A program made the translations under genes and the position numbers. A DNA stretch of 64,000 nt from an uncultured Gemmatimonadaceae bacterium (GTDB lineage Bacteria; Gemmatimonadota; Gemmatimonadetes; Gemmatimonadales; Gemmatimonadaceae), in contig CAWFQK010000008.1 of NCBI GenBank assembly GCA_963817955.1, forward strand, positions 1 to 64,000. The letters are read 5' to 3'. The notes below the pieces were generated by a model. It was not told the origin of the DNA. It searched no databases and saw nothing but the letters and a program-made list of their open reading frames with translations. Below are positions 27,375-37,523 of the stretch, piece after piece. The stretch's first letter is position 1, and each line of letters opens with the position of its first letter.

Positions 27375-29348
27375 TCAACGTTCACGGGCGACTGGCCCGC
27401 ACAGTTCACGGCCGTCTGCCGCGAAGTCTTCGCGAGTGCTCGGCTCGCGCCCGGCGATCGTCGCCGACCGTGTTTCGAGCCCTCGCAGCCAAAATTCAAC
27501 TTTCATCACATTGAAGAGATTGACCCGCAGGAATTCGTCGCCTTCGCCCGCGCAGACGCGATCCGCCTCGGCGCGGAGCTTCGCCGGCTCGACCATCCCG
27601 AGCTCGGCGACCAGGAGGGGTGCCGCGAACATGCGCGACACGAGTCCGGGGTAGGCCTCGCGCATCCGAAGCCGGGAAAACCCAATGGTGGATCCCGTGC
27701 GATACGACCGCCGTTCCAGCACACGGGGCGGCAGAAGGCCCTGCATCGACTGCCGCAGGAGTGTCTTCGTGTCGTACGTGCTCGCGCGCTCGTGGATCGG
27801 ACGCGAGAGCGCAAACTCCACCACTCGGCGATCGAGCAACGGGGACCGGTTCTCGACGCCTTCCTGGAGCAGCGGCCCCCGCATGTACGCCGCGCCCCAA
27901 CTCCAGATGGGCAGCGTGAGAAACAGCAGGCTTTCCGCGTGAGCGAGACTTGCCGTGCGCACTCCACGGAGGAGCGTCAGATCGCGTTCGCGTATCGCGT
28001 GGGCGCTGACGAACGAAGGCTGCATCCACGGCGCCACGTGACGCTCCAGGTAGTGCCGCGGAATATCCCTGCGTGCCATGACATCCACGGCGTCCATGAA
28101 ACGGTCCGGCAGCAATGGCGCGACGCCGAGCCGCAGGAAATGCCGCCACCCGCGACCGCGTGCGCGCGTGAGGCGTACGGCGTCGATCCAACGGCCACTG
28201 CGGAGGAGGTCGGCCAGTACGATGTCCGATACCTGGAACAGTTGGTCGCCGCCGCATCCGTCGAGGGACACGCGAGCGCCGGTGGCACGCGTGGCACGCG
28301 CCAATGCGCGATTCCAGAGTTCATACAAATGAGCCGGCGGCTCGTCGGATTCGGCGGCGCGCTGTTCCAGCGCGTCGAAGAGCGGAATGTCCGCGCTGGC
28401 CAGCCACTGTACCTTGGCACCCCAGAATGCCGCGACGAGATCGATCAACTCGTCTTCGCGTCCGGGATCGTCCTCTGGATAGCTGATCGACACCGGACGA
28501 AGGCGCGAACGATCGAGCGGATCGAGCGACTGTTGGCCAGCGGCAAACACCGCGGTGGAATCCCACCCGCCACTCATCCAGACCGTCGAACGGCCTGAGC
28601 CGATGCGGTCGGATACGGCCGTGCAGATCAACTCAGTGAGGGCAACGCGCGCGTCCTTCTCGTTCATCGGGTTGGCAGCGGGCGCCAGCGGTGGCCGCCA
28701 CACCCGCTCGATGCGCATGCGATCGCCCTCGGCAATGAGCACATGGGCCGGCGGGACGGCCTCCACACCGTCGTACGCCGTCTCGCCGCCGAGGGCCCAC
28801 GGGAGACCCGCGACCTGCGCACCGAGTGTGGCGAGATTCAAGGCCGTGCCGCGCCCGGCGAGTTCGGCGAGTGCGCGCGCTGATGACGCGACGGCCGGAC
28901 CGCCGCATTCGGTGTAGAACAATGGGCGCAAGCCGGTTCCGTCGCGCGCGGCCAACAGGCGACGGCGAGCGAGATCCCAAATCACGAATGCGTAATCACC
29001 GTTGAGTTGATCGGTGAGACGATCCCCCCAGGCGCGGTACGCCGCAGCGATGAGATGCGTGGGCGTGCTGCCGGTCGGACGCACACCGGCCGCGGCGAGG
29101 GCGGCGCGGAGCGATTGGAGATCATAGAGCGTGGCATCCGCGGCAACGACCACCTGATGGCCATGCAGAATCGTAGAACCGCCGCTGTACGCCTCGTCCG
29201 TCTCCCACGTCTTGCGCGTCAGGACGATCGTCACATCATGATTCGACCAGGAGTCGCCAACGTCGCCGCCGAGAAACCCGAGACAGCGGATGGCGGGCCG
29301 GAGTCGGCTCGGCGAAACGCGTTGGGTACTCGCCAGGAATCCGCTCAT
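27375..29348 (-). CDS. Lasso peptide cyclase (asparagine-synthase-like, C protein)
   Basis: MSG start without the catalytic Cys of AsnB. LNGDYAFVIWD, ARDGTGLRPLFY, MSGGWDSTAV, GCGGDQLF and RSPLLDRRVVEF motifs. Confidence 0.88.
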   Translation of the reverse strand: MSGFLASTQRVSPSRLRPAIRCLGFLGGDVGDSWSNHDVTIVLTRKTWETDEAYSGGSTILHGHQVVVAADATLYDLQSLRAALAAAGVRPTGSTPTHLIAAAYRAWGDRLTDQLNGDYAFVIWDLARRRLLAARDGTGLRPLFYTECGGPAVASSARALAELAGRGTALNLATLGAQVAGLPWALGGETAYDGVEAVPPAHVLIAEGDRMRIERVWRPPLAPAANPMNEKDARVALTELICTAVSDRIGSGRSTVWMSGGWDSTAVFAAGQQSLDPLDRSRLRPVSISYPEDDPGREDELIDLVAAFWGAKVQWLASADIPLFDALEQRAAESDEPPAHLYELWNRALARATRATGARVSLDGCGGDQLFQVSDIVLADLLRSGRWIDAVRLTRARGRGWRHFLRLGVAPLLPDRFMDAVDVMARRDIPRHYLERHVAPWMQPSFVSAHAIRERDLTLLRGVRTASLAHAESLLFLTLPIWSWGAAYMRGPLLQEGVENRSPLLDRRVVEFALSRPIHERASTYDTKTLLRQSMQGLLPPRVLERRSYRTGSTIGFSRLRMREAYPGLVSRMFAAPLLVAELGMVEPAKLRAEADRVCAGEGDEFLRVNLFNVMKVEFWLRGLETRSATIAGREPSTREDFAADGRELCGPVARER

Positions 29349-29809
29349 TGGGACAGTGCCGAGAAGTCGTGCAATGGGACGAAGCGCGCCACCCGCGAGG
29401 GATCGTCGCCGATGACACGGCCGCCCAACTCGATCCACGCATGCGCAAGCAGCGTGTCGCAATGGCGCTGGACACCAACGCGCACGGCGGCCGCTTCCAC
29501 ACCGGCGCGCTGGAGGAGTTGCTCGAGCGCGATTGCACGGACGAGGCAGGTTGGGCGAAAGAGCCCGAACCGCGCGGCACGGTCAACCGCCGTAGCCATG
29601 CGAGTGATCCAATGCACATCGCTGAGCCGCGGTGCCGTGTCCGGGGGTGCGACAGGGCGCAGCAGTTGGCCGCGCGGCCGTCGACGTATGGTCCAGAGGG
29701 CGGACAGTAGCATCCCTTGCGCGGCCGCGAGGTCGAGCACTTCCCTGAGAGGAAGTGCCAACAGTTGCCGCGTGCGGTGGGCGACGGCCCGCGATCGCCG
29801 TGCGTTCAC
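29345..29809 (-). CDS. Lasso peptide B2 leader peptidase (transglutaminase-like)
   Basis: TCLVRAIAL ... VRVGV ... AHAWIE Cys/His motif. Confidence 0.9.
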   Translation of the reverse strand: MNARRSRAVAHRTRQLLALPLREVLDLAAAQGMLLSALWTIRRRPRGQLLRPVAPPDTAPRLSDVHWITRMATAVDRAARFGLFRPTCLVRAIALEQLLQRAGVEAAAVRVGVQRHCDTLLAHAWIELGGRVIGDDPSRVARFVPLHDFSALSQ

Positions 29810-30081
29810 TCGGCCTCGACGACGAGCCGGTCGTCGTGAAGACGCTCGAGCAGTGCGATCACGTCCTCACGGATCGCCATTGCGTCAACGTCAGGATATT
29901 CCGCTGACAACGTCGAGCACAGATCGTCGAGCTCCATGCAATGGGGCGGCAGCAACTGCCAGACGCGCGCACCGACGGTGTTCAATCCGAAATAGATCTC
30001 GTCTTGCGTGTGAAGCAGGACTGCGCCGTCCGCGACAGACTGGTACATGACTGCGGGGTGGGGCGATGGAAGCATTTGCAT
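29806..30081 (-). CDS. PqqD-family RiPP recognition element (lasso B1)
   Basis: AVLL...YFGLNTVGARVWQLL...LSAEYPDV..IREDVIALLERL; about 90 aa. Confidence 0.9.
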   Translation of the reverse strand: MQMLPSPHPAVMYQSVADGAVLLHTQDEIYFGLNTVGARVWQLLPPHCMELDDLCSTLSAEYPDVDAMAIREDVIALLERLHDDRLVVEAE

Positions 30082-30149
30082 GATCGCGTCGTGAAGGTGC
30101 GGGTCCGGATCGCCGAGCGAGTCGCTTGCCGGCTGCTGGCCCATGTGAA

Positions 30150-30165
30150 GGCAATCGCCATTCCG
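30150..30165 (-). promoter_or_regulatory. Candidate sigma-54 -24/-12 promoter for the lasso operon
   Basis: Minus strand CGGAATGGCGATTGCC (GG-N10-GC with TTGC), about 70 nt upstream of the RRE start. Confidence 0.3.
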
Positions 30166-30488
30166 AACGCGGCGCGCGTGCCGCTGGTGCAGCAACTCGG
30201 TGTGGGCGCGCGGGTTAGCGTGGAACCGCGTGGCGTAGCAGGGTGGCGCGTTAGCGCCGGCAGTCGCGCGCATGCCGCACAACTGTGGCGCGAAGTCCGC
30301 ATGCGGTCGACAGCGGACGCGGCATTAGAGATATACTATGGTGTCTGCCGACGCGCCGCAGGACGTTGGGACCGCGTCAATTAGCGGCGCCTCCGCCAAT
30401 CGCACCGCGGCCCGCGCGGGACTTGCATGGCGCCCATGGCAGCAGGGCCGCGGGTTCGCGGTGCGCCTCTCTTCCCGGACACGTCATC

Positions 30489-31877
30489 ATGAAACAACAA
30501 TTGCTTGCGCGGATCGACCACCGCACCGCTGTGGTCGGTGTCATTGGTCTCGGATATGTTGGACTGCCGCTCGCAGTCGAGTTCGCCAAGGCGGGGTTCC
30601 CGGTCATCGGCTACGACGTCAACGCCGGGGTGGTGGAAGCACTCATGACGGGCGAATCACACATACAGGATGTGCCGAGCTCAGAGATCGCAGCCCTCGT
30701 GCGGAGCGGCCGCTTCGTCGCGACGACCGACGACTCGGCGTTGAGTGCCGCCGATGCCATCGCCATCGCCGTGCCCACGCCGCTCGTCAAGACGCGTGAT
30801 CCCGACATGCAGTACGTCGAGGCGGCGGCTCGTACCATCGCGGCTAACGCGCATCCCGGGTTGTTGGTGGTGCTGGAAAGCACCACCTACCCAGGCACGA
30901 CGCGCGAGCTGTTGCAGCCGATGCTCGAACGGCTCGGGTATGGGGTGGGGGTGGACGTGTTCCTGGCGTTCAGTCCGGAGCGTGTCGATCCGGGCAATGC
31001 CGTGTGGCAGACGAAGAACACTCCCAAGGTGATCGGCGGGGTGACGCCAGCGTGTTGCGACGTGGCGTGCGCGCTCTACTCGAAAGCGATCGATACGTTG
31101 GTGGCCGTCTCCAGTCCAGAAGCTGCGGAGCTCGCGAAGTTGCTGGAAAACACGTTCCGAAGCGTGAACATCGGGCTCGCGAACGAGATGGCGATCGTGT
31201 GCGATAAGCTTGGCGTGGACGTGTGGGAAGTGATCAATGCGGCGGCAACCAAGCCCTTCGGTTTCATGAGATTCACGCCCGGCCCTGGCATCGGCGGCCA
31301 CTGCATTCCACTCGATCCCCACTATCTCGCCTGGAAGATGAGAACACTCAACTATAAGACGCGATTCATAGACCTCGCGAGCGAGATCAACAGCCAGATG
31401 CCAGCGTTCGTCGTGGAGAAGGTGGCGCGCGCGCTCAACGATGATGAAAAGGCGGTGAAGGGAAGCCGTATCCTCGTTGTCGGCGTTGCCTACAAGGCGG
31501 ACATCGATGACCTCCGCGAAAGTCCGGCGCTCGACGTATTTCGTTTGTTGGAAGAGCGTGGCGCGCTGGTGGAGTATCACGATCCGTTCGTGCCGATCAT
31601 TCGCGAAGATGGCTACGTACGCCGCTCGGTCGCGTTGACCCCCGAAGTGCTGGAGGCGGCGGATGCCGTGGTGATCGTGACCGATCATCGCGTCATCGAC
31701 TATCAATTGCTTCGTGATCACGCGGCGATCGTGGTCGATAGCCGGAATGCCATGGCCGCCACCGTGCCGACGAATGCACGCGTGGTATCACTCTGCGCAC
31801 GGGTGCGAACCGCATCTGCGCGCGAACCCGTCGTGGCAGGAGTCGGAATGAACGGCGAAGACGTCTGGACGGAATAG
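30489..31877 (+). CDS. UDP-N-acetylhexosamine 6-dehydrogenase (WbpA/WecC family)
   Basis: GLGYVGLPLA, ESTTYPGTT, SPERVDPG, KLLENTFR, GIGGHCIP and DDLRESPA motifs. Confidence 0.93.
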   Translation: MKQQLLARIDHRTAVVGVIGLGYVGLPLAVEFAKAGFPVIGYDVNAGVVEALMTGESHIQDVPSSEIAALVRSGRFVATTDDSALSAADAIAIAVPTPLVKTRDPDMQYVEAAARTIAANAHPGLLVVLESTTYPGTTRELLQPMLERLGYGVGVDVFLAFSPERVDPGNAVWQTKNTPKVIGGVTPACCDVACALYSKAIDTLVAVSSPEAAELAKLLENTFRSVNIGLANEMAIVCDKLGVDVWEVINAAATKPFGFMRFTPGPGIGGHCIPLDPHYLAWKMRTLNYKTRFIDLASEINSQMPAFVVEKVARALNDDEKAVKGSRILVVGVAYKADIDDLRESPALDVFRLLEERGALVEYHDPFVPIIREDGYVRRSVALTPEVLEAADAVVIVTDHRVIDYQLLRDHAAIVVDSRNAMAATVPTNARVVSLCARVRTASAREPVVAGVGMNGEDVWTE

Positions 31878-32065
31878 TCGCGTGTAGTGTCCGGGCCACA
31901 CCGTGTTGTGGGTGAGCCACGACGGTGTGCGCTCGTACCGCCGATTGCCGCCGCGTACCATGCATGGTGCCATCAGCTTAGCACCTGGGTCCCAAGTCGC
32001 TCGCCCTGGCATGACCGCTGCCAAACGCTTGCATCGGATGCTCGTTCGTCCAACGCGGAGTCTGT

Positions 32066-33286
32066 GTGAACGTGAACGCCACTGCAACGATCGCGACGGT
32101 TCTCGCGATAGGGCTCCTGCCCGTCGCGCTCCTCCTGGTGCTTCCGCTGATCTCGGAGGCCTGTAGCCTCGTGGTGCTCGGTATGGCAGCACTGAGGCCC
32201 GGCGCGCCGGCGCGCCGCGTGGTGCCGCGGCAACGCCTTCTGGTGCTCGTGGCCGCCCACAACGAGGAACTGCTGATTGGCGACGCGGTGCGGTCCATGG
32301 TCGCCATGCATAAGCGGATCTGCGACTACGACCTCGTCGTCGTCTCGGACAACAGCAGCGATCGAACGGCCGAGCTCGCGGCCAGTGCCGGCGCACGGGT
32401 GCTCGAGCGCTTCGACACGGTGCGCCGCGGTAAGCCGTGGGCGCTGCAGTGGGCCATGGAGCGATTGCCCGTGTGCGAGTATGACGGTGTGGTGATCGTC
32501 GATGCGGACACGATCGTCGATCCAGACTTCGCGGACGCGTTCGCGCGCCACGGCCCGTTGCGCGGCAAAGCCGTGCAATCGTACTGCGCGATTTCGAATG
32601 TGGAGGATTCCTGGCTGACCGTGCTCGGCGGCCTGCTCGTATCCCTGCGGTATGACGGACAGTACGCGCTGAAGCGGCGGGTCGGGTTGAACTGTCCGAT
32701 CGGCAATGGATGGTGTCTCGGCACCGATCTTCTGGCAAAGGGCGGCTGGGCTCCGGAGTCGCTCACCGAGACGTGGGAGCTGTACGCGCGCTACACCACG
32801 ATTGGTGCACGAGTGGACTTCGCGGCAGATGCTGTCATGCGCGGCCAGGAAGCACATACGCTGGCGGAGGGCGCGATCCAGCGCCGCCGGTGGCAAGCGG
32901 GAAAGCTCGTCGTGTTCTCGCGCTATGGATGGAAGCTGCTGACGAGCTCGATGATCGGATGGCGCCAGAAGCTCGATGCCTTTGGCGAGTTGGCGGCGCC
33001 CGGCCCGGTCTTGCACGCGGCCGTCGCTGCGCCGCTCGCGGTGGCGCTCGCGCTGGCCCCGGGCCGCGTTCCGCACGTCGTCGCCGGCCTGTTTGCCGCA
33101 TCACTGCTCCCGACCATTCTCTGGACGGTGGGGACATGGTACCGGCAACCGCAGCGCGCGCGATTGCTCATGGCGCTGGCGCACATCCCTGTCTACGCCG
33201 CCTGGCGGCTGGTGGTTGGCGTGCAGGCATTCGGAACCGCGCGCCGCGGTGTCTGGCACCGTTCACCCAGACATATATCGGCATAG
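32066..33286 (+). CDS. Glycosyltransferase family 2
   Basis: AAHNEE, DNSSD, GKPWAL, VDAD and QRRRW motifs; TM segments. Confidence 0.88.
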   Translation: MNVNATATIATVLAIGLLPVALLLVLPLISEACSLVVLGMAALRPGAPARRVVPRQRLLVLVAAHNEELLIGDAVRSMVAMHKRICDYDLVVVSDNSSDRTAELAASAGARVLERFDTVRRGKPWALQWAMERLPVCEYDGVVIVDADTIVDPDFADAFARHGPLRGKAVQSYCAISNVEDSWLTVLGGLLVSLRYDGQYALKRRVGLNCPIGNGWCLGTDLLAKGGWAPESLTETWELYARYTTIGARVDFAADAVMRGQEAHTLAEGAIQRRRWQAGKLVVFSRYGWKLLTSSMIGWRQKLDAFGELAAPGPVLHAAVAAPLAVALALAPGRVPHVVAGLFAASLLPTILWTVGTWYRQPQRARLLMALAHIPVYAAWRLVVGVQAFGTARRGVWHRSPRHISA

Positions 33287-33296
33287 AGGAACTGAC

Positions 33297-34691
33297 GTGC
33301 GCACTCCGCTTGCTGTGGCGGTACGCGGCGACGACGCCGCCCCCGAAACTCGTGTCCTGTCTACCGCGGTGGCGGTTGGCATGCCGCGGCTCGCCGGTCA
33401 TGTGAGGCGGCGCCGCGAGGCAGTCCGCCGAATACGCTACCGGCCCGATGCGCTCTTGTGGGCGCTCGCGTTCATGAACGTCACCTATGTGTGGCGTCTG
33501 CCGAGCATTGTATCGGTACTCAAGCCGCTCCGCCTCGCCCTCGTCAGTGGGGCGCTGGCGCTTTGCCTGTTCCTGCTCGATCGCAGTCCGCGTCGCCGTG
33601 TAGTCGATCTCCCGATGACGCCCGTGCGACTCGTCGCCGCGTTCGTCGGGTTGATGATACTATCAACGCCGGCCGGGCTCTATCCCACGCATAGCGCCCA
33701 GTATCTGGTCCAGACCATCCTGCCCGCGTTGCTGTTGATGATCATGATTGCCGCGTCGATGCGGTCGCTCGCGGACATAGAGTGGTTCGCCATGGTGAAC
33801 ATGGTGGCGGCCGGAGGATACTGCTTGTTCGTGCTGTGGGTATTTCGTGTCGGCCGAGAGGGGCGGTTGGCAGAGCTGATCTACTATGATGGCAACGACC
33901 TTGCCTTGCACATGGTCGCGACGCTGCCGCTGACGGCGTACTTCCTGACGCGCGGCCAGCGGTGGACACGACGGCTGGTGGCCGGCCTATGTGCGCCGCT
34001 GTTTCTGCTGTTGCTCGTCCGAACGGGATCGCGCGGGGCCTTCGTCGGCCTCACCGTGGTCACCGCGAACATCGCGCTCTTCTATCGCGGATTCAGCCGC
34101 GTCAAACGGATGGCAGCCGTGACGTTCATCGCGATCGCGTTCGTCATTCTTGGCGGCGCCACCTATTTCTCCAAGATCCAGACGATCTTCAACCCGACCG
34201 CCGATTACAACTGGAGCGGTCAATCGCCCACCGGACGCCTGGAGATTTGGAAGCGCGGCTTCGGCTATCTGGCCCAGCGGCCACTGCTCGGGGTCGGCAT
34301 CAACAACTTCGAGCGCGCGGAGGGCAATCTGTCTGCCATGGGGCGAGATGCGCAGGCGCGCGGCCGCCCCTTCAAGTGGTCGGTGGCGCACAATTCATAT
34401 CTCGAGACCGCTACAGAATCGGGCATCGCAGCATTGGTGGTCTTTCTGGCTCTGTTCGCGACGACGTTCCAGTTGTTGCGCCGGATCACGCGCACTATGG
34501 GAGGTCTGCCCTTTATCGCGCGCGAGCATGTGCTCGCGCAAATACTCGGGGCGTCGCTGCTGGGATATCTCGTCTGTGCGTTCTTCCTGTCGGCCGAATA
34601 CTTCACGTATCCGTATGTTCTGCTCGGGCTGGCCCTGGCCCTCTACCGAACGTCGTTCCCCAACGCGCGCGTCGTCAGGCGGTCCCGATGA
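33297..34691 (+). CDS. O-antigen ligase / Wzy polymerase family protein
   Basis: Multi-TM protein with DGNDLA, TGSRGAFVG, GRLEIW..G..PLLGVG and AHNSYLE motifs. GTG start after GAGGA. Confidence 0.85.
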   Translation: MRTPLAVAVRGDDAAPETRVLSTAVAVGMPRLAGHVRRRREAVRRIRYRPDALLWALAFMNVTYVWRLPSIVSVLKPLRLALVSGALALCLFLLDRSPRRRVVDLPMTPVRLVAAFVGLMILSTPAGLYPTHSAQYLVQTILPALLLMIMIAASMRSLADIEWFAMVNMVAAGGYCLFVLWVFRVGREGRLAELIYYDGNDLALHMVATLPLTAYFLTRGQRWTRRLVAGLCAPLFLLLLVRTGSRGAFVGLTVVTANIALFYRGFSRVKRMAAVTFIAIAFVILGGATYFSKIQTIFNPTADYNWSGQSPTGRLEIWKRGFGYLAQRPLLGVGINNFERAEGNLSAMGRDAQARGRPFKWSVAHNSYLETATESGIAALVVFLALFATTFQLLRRITRTMGGLPFIAREHVLAQILGASLLGYLVCAFFLSAEYFTYPYVLLGLALALYRTSFPNARVVRRSR

Positions 34692-35605
34692 CGGCGACAC
34701 AGGCGATCAGACGGAGTGGCCACTGGATGCTGGCGCATGCAGGCGCGCCGAGGCTTGCGCGGTGGGTGCATCGTGACGCGCTGCTGGTGCTCACATATCA
34801 CAATGTGATCCCGAACGGCGGGCACGCAACGCGCGGCGAAGCGTCGTTGCATGTCGAGCAGGCGCAATTTGGCGAGCAGCTCGATGTGTTGCGGGAAACG
34901 CACGACGTGGTGTCAATCATTGACGTGCTGAATGGACGCCGCGCCAGCGGCGACCGGCCGCGCGCGCTGATCACGTTCGATGATGCCTATAGCGGCGCGG
35001 TGACGCTGGCCGTGGAGGAGTTGGCCAAGCGCCGACTCGAGGCGACCATCTTCGTTGCGCCCGCCTGCATCGGACGTGCGTTCTGGTGGGACGCGCTGGC
35101 CGGAGGAACTGGCGGCGAACTGCCGAGCAGCGTACGGAACTGCGCGTTGTTTGCGTATGGCGGTGACGAGAACCGCGTGCGCCAGTGGGCGGACGCGTCC
35201 GGTATGACCATGACGCAACCGCATGACGCCCAGAGATGCGCGACGCTGCTCGAGCTGCGCGCTGCCTCGCGGATTCCCGGCATCACGTTCGCCTCCCACA
35301 GTTGGTCGCACCCCGTGTTGGCGACGTTGCACACTGACGAGTTGAGTCAGGAGCTTGGACGGTCGCTGCGCTGGTTGCGTGACACGCTCGGCTCCATTGT
35401 GCCGGCGCTCGCCGTTCCATACGCGTTGAGCTGTCCGGCGGTCGAGATCGAGGCGCGCCGGCAGGGGTATGCTGCGGTGTTTCCCGGTAATCGCGGTTGG
35501 GTGTCGTCGCGCGGTCCGTTGCCGTTCGCCCTGCCGCGCCAGAACGTGCCGGCAGGATTGTCGCTGAACACGTTCAGGCTGCGCATTTCGGGGGTGCCGA
35601 CATGA
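34688..35605 (+). CDS. Polysaccharide deacetylase family protein
   Basis: VLTYHNV, ITFDDAY and SHSWSHPVL motifs. Confidence 0.88.
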   Translation: MTATQAIRRSGHWMLAHAGAPRLARWVHRDALLVLTYHNVIPNGGHATRGEASLHVEQAQFGEQLDVLRETHDVVSIIDVLNGRRASGDRPRALITFDDAYSGAVTLAVEELAKRRLEATIFVAPACIGRAFWWDALAGGTGGELPSSVRNCALFAYGGDENRVRQWADASGMTMTQPHDAQRCATLLELRAASRIPGITFASHSWSHPVLATLHTDELSQELGRSLRWLRDTLGSIVPALAVPYALSCPAVEIEARRQGYAAVFPGNRGWVSSRGPLPFALPRQNVPAGLSLNTFRLRISGVPT

Positions 35606-36780
35606 TGGCTGTGGCTGCGACGCCCGTCGCCCACCCGCGTCCGAGCGCGCGTCAGGTCAAGCGCCGCACACGCGTACTGCACGTAGTGCTCAACCTCGAA
35701 GCGGGGGGATTGGAGCGGCTCGTCGTGGAACTGGCGAACCGCGTGGATCCGCGACATTTCGAGAGCCACGTGCTCGTGCTGCAGTACCCAGGCCGGCATG
35801 CGAGCGAGTTGCGCGACGCCGCCAGCCTGCACACCAGCGGCCCGCTTTCCTCATGGTCGATGATCTGGCCATCCGCCCTCGCCGATACCGTGCGGAGAAT
35901 CGCGCCTGACATCATGCACACGCATAGCGGCGTGTGGTACAAGGCGTCGCTCGCCGCGCGAATGGCGGGAGTCCGCCGCACCGTGCATACCGACCACGGG
36001 CGGTTGATACCTGATCCCAGAGGCGACCGACTCACCGACGGACTCGCCGCGAGGCGGACGAGCCTGGTCGTTGCCGTGTCGGTGCCGCTCGCGCAGTACT
36101 TGCGCCGGGCCCTGCACGTGCCGCTGGCCAAATTGCGTGTGGTGCGCAATGGAGTCGATGCCGACGCGTTCGTCTCGCACGACGCCGGCGCGGCCGTGCG
36201 CGCCGAACTGGGGATAGCGCCTGGCCGGCCGGTGGTCGGCAGCATCGGTCGCCTCGACGGCATCAAAGCGTACGATCTCCTCATCGAAGCGTTTCGGCAG
36301 GTGCGCGCCGGTTGGACGGCGGAACGCGCACCCGTGCTCGTGATCGCTGGTGATGGGCCGGATAGAGCGCGCCTCGACGCGCTGCTCGCCTCACTGGACG
36401 AGACCGTTCGGCAGGACGTGCACTTGCTCGGGTGGCGCACCAACATCCGTGAGTTGCTCGGCGTGTTCGACGTGTTCGCGATGTCGTCGCGGAGCGAGGG
36501 CACGTCGGTAAGCCTGCTCGAGTCCATGAGCGCGGGTATCTGCCCGGTGGTGACGGACGTGGGCGGAAACGCCGACGTTCTGGGGTTGGAACTCCGCCAC
36601 CGGCTCGTTGCGCCGGACGACGCGAGTGCCTTTGCGCGCGCGCTCACGGACGTGCTTCGTGAGCCGGGGCAGCGCATGCGCGATGCGATGCTGGCGCGTG
36701 CGCGCGTCGAAGCCCAGTTCAGCGTGGCCGCCATGGTGCGCCAATATGAACAGTTGTATGCCGCTTTGTGGGCCACGTGA
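35602..36780 (+). CDS. Glycosyltransferase family 4
   Basis: GGLER, HTDHG, VRNGVD, SRSEGTSVSLLESM and TDVGG motifs. Confidence 0.9.
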   Translation: MMAVAATPVAHPRPSARQVKRRTRVLHVVLNLEAGGLERLVVELANRVDPRHFESHVLVLQYPGRHASELRDAASLHTSGPLSSWSMIWPSALADTVRRIAPDIMHTHSGVWYKASLAARMAGVRRTVHTDHGRLIPDPRGDRLTDGLAARRTSLVVAVSVPLAQYLRRALHVPLAKLRVVRNGVDADAFVSHDAGAAVRAELGIAPGRPVVGSIGRLDGIKAYDLLIEAFRQVRAGWTAERAPVLVIAGDGPDRARLDALLASLDETVRQDVHLLGWRTNIRELLGVFDVFAMSSRSEGTSVSLLESMSAGICPVVTDVGGNADVLGLELRHRLVAPDDASAFARALTDVLREPGQRMRDAMLARARVEAQFSVAAMVRQYEQLYAALWAT

Positions 36781-37523
36781 CGACCGACATCTACACCGCG
36801 GCGGCAATGAACTGGCTGTGGCTTGCTGACACAGAGGGACGCGAACGCGCCCTCGTCGTGTCGGAGTCCGGCGACGGGTGGACCGCGGCACTCCGCCGCC
36901 ATTTCGCGGCCGTCGATCGGCTGACGGTTACTACGCTTCACGACGCGCTGTGTACCACCCATCAGCCGGCTGATCGAATGCAGTCAGCGCTCTTGCCGTT
37001 CGATGATGCGCAATTCGATTGTGTGGTGCTCCCAGGATTCATCGGGAGTTGGCAGCGCATCGCGCGGGAAATGCCCGGTCGGGTGGTGCGCGCTCGAATC
37101 ATGCGCGAGTGCCGCCGAGTACTCCGGACCGGAGGGCTGTTGGTTGTCAGCGGGCGAAACCCGCAATGGTATGGGATGACGGATGATCGTCGCGCGCCCC
37201 GCGGCTGCTCCGAGTTGGCGGAGCGGGCCAATGGCGAGCCGGGCCCACCACTGCCAATTGGACAACGCCATAAGGTGTTTCCTTCGGCAGCAGATTTGCG
37301 GCTCTCGAACGTGATGATCGACGCCGGCTTTGACAGAGTCCAGCAGTACTTTGCCGATCCGTCGGACCTCATGCCCTCGGCGATCATTCCTGCCTGTCGT
37401 TCGGCGGCGCGCGCCTTTGAGCAACAGGAACACACGTTGCGCGGGCGAGCGCCGCGCCTGCTCACCGCGGCGGGTCTCCACGCCATGGCGTATCCGGCGC
37501 GAATCGTGATGGCATTCGCGTGA
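36777..37523 (+). CDS. Methyltransferase-11-like protein with divergent SAM motif I
   Basis: LPFDDAQFDCVV and ECRRVLRTGGLLVV motifs; GxGxG not evident. Confidence 0.6.
   Translation: MTTDIYTAAAMNWLWLADTEGRERALVVSESGDGWTAALRRHFAAVDRLTVTTLHDALCTTHQPADRMQSALLPFDDAQFDCVVLPGFIGSWQRIAREMPGRVVRARIMRECRRVLRTGGLLVVSGRNPQWYGMTDDRRAPRGCSELAERANGEPGPPLPIGQRHKVFPSAADLRLSNVMIDAGFDRVQQYFADPSDLMPSAIIPACRSAARAFEQQEHTLRGRAPRLLTAAGLHAMAYPARIVMAFA

Noticed and set aside
26220..30081. Calling these genes hprK, asnB and pqqD of primary metabolism
   Set aside because: The cyclase lacks the N-terminal Cys of AsnB, no other pqq or PTS genes are present, and the B2 peptidase plus precursor define a lasso cluster.
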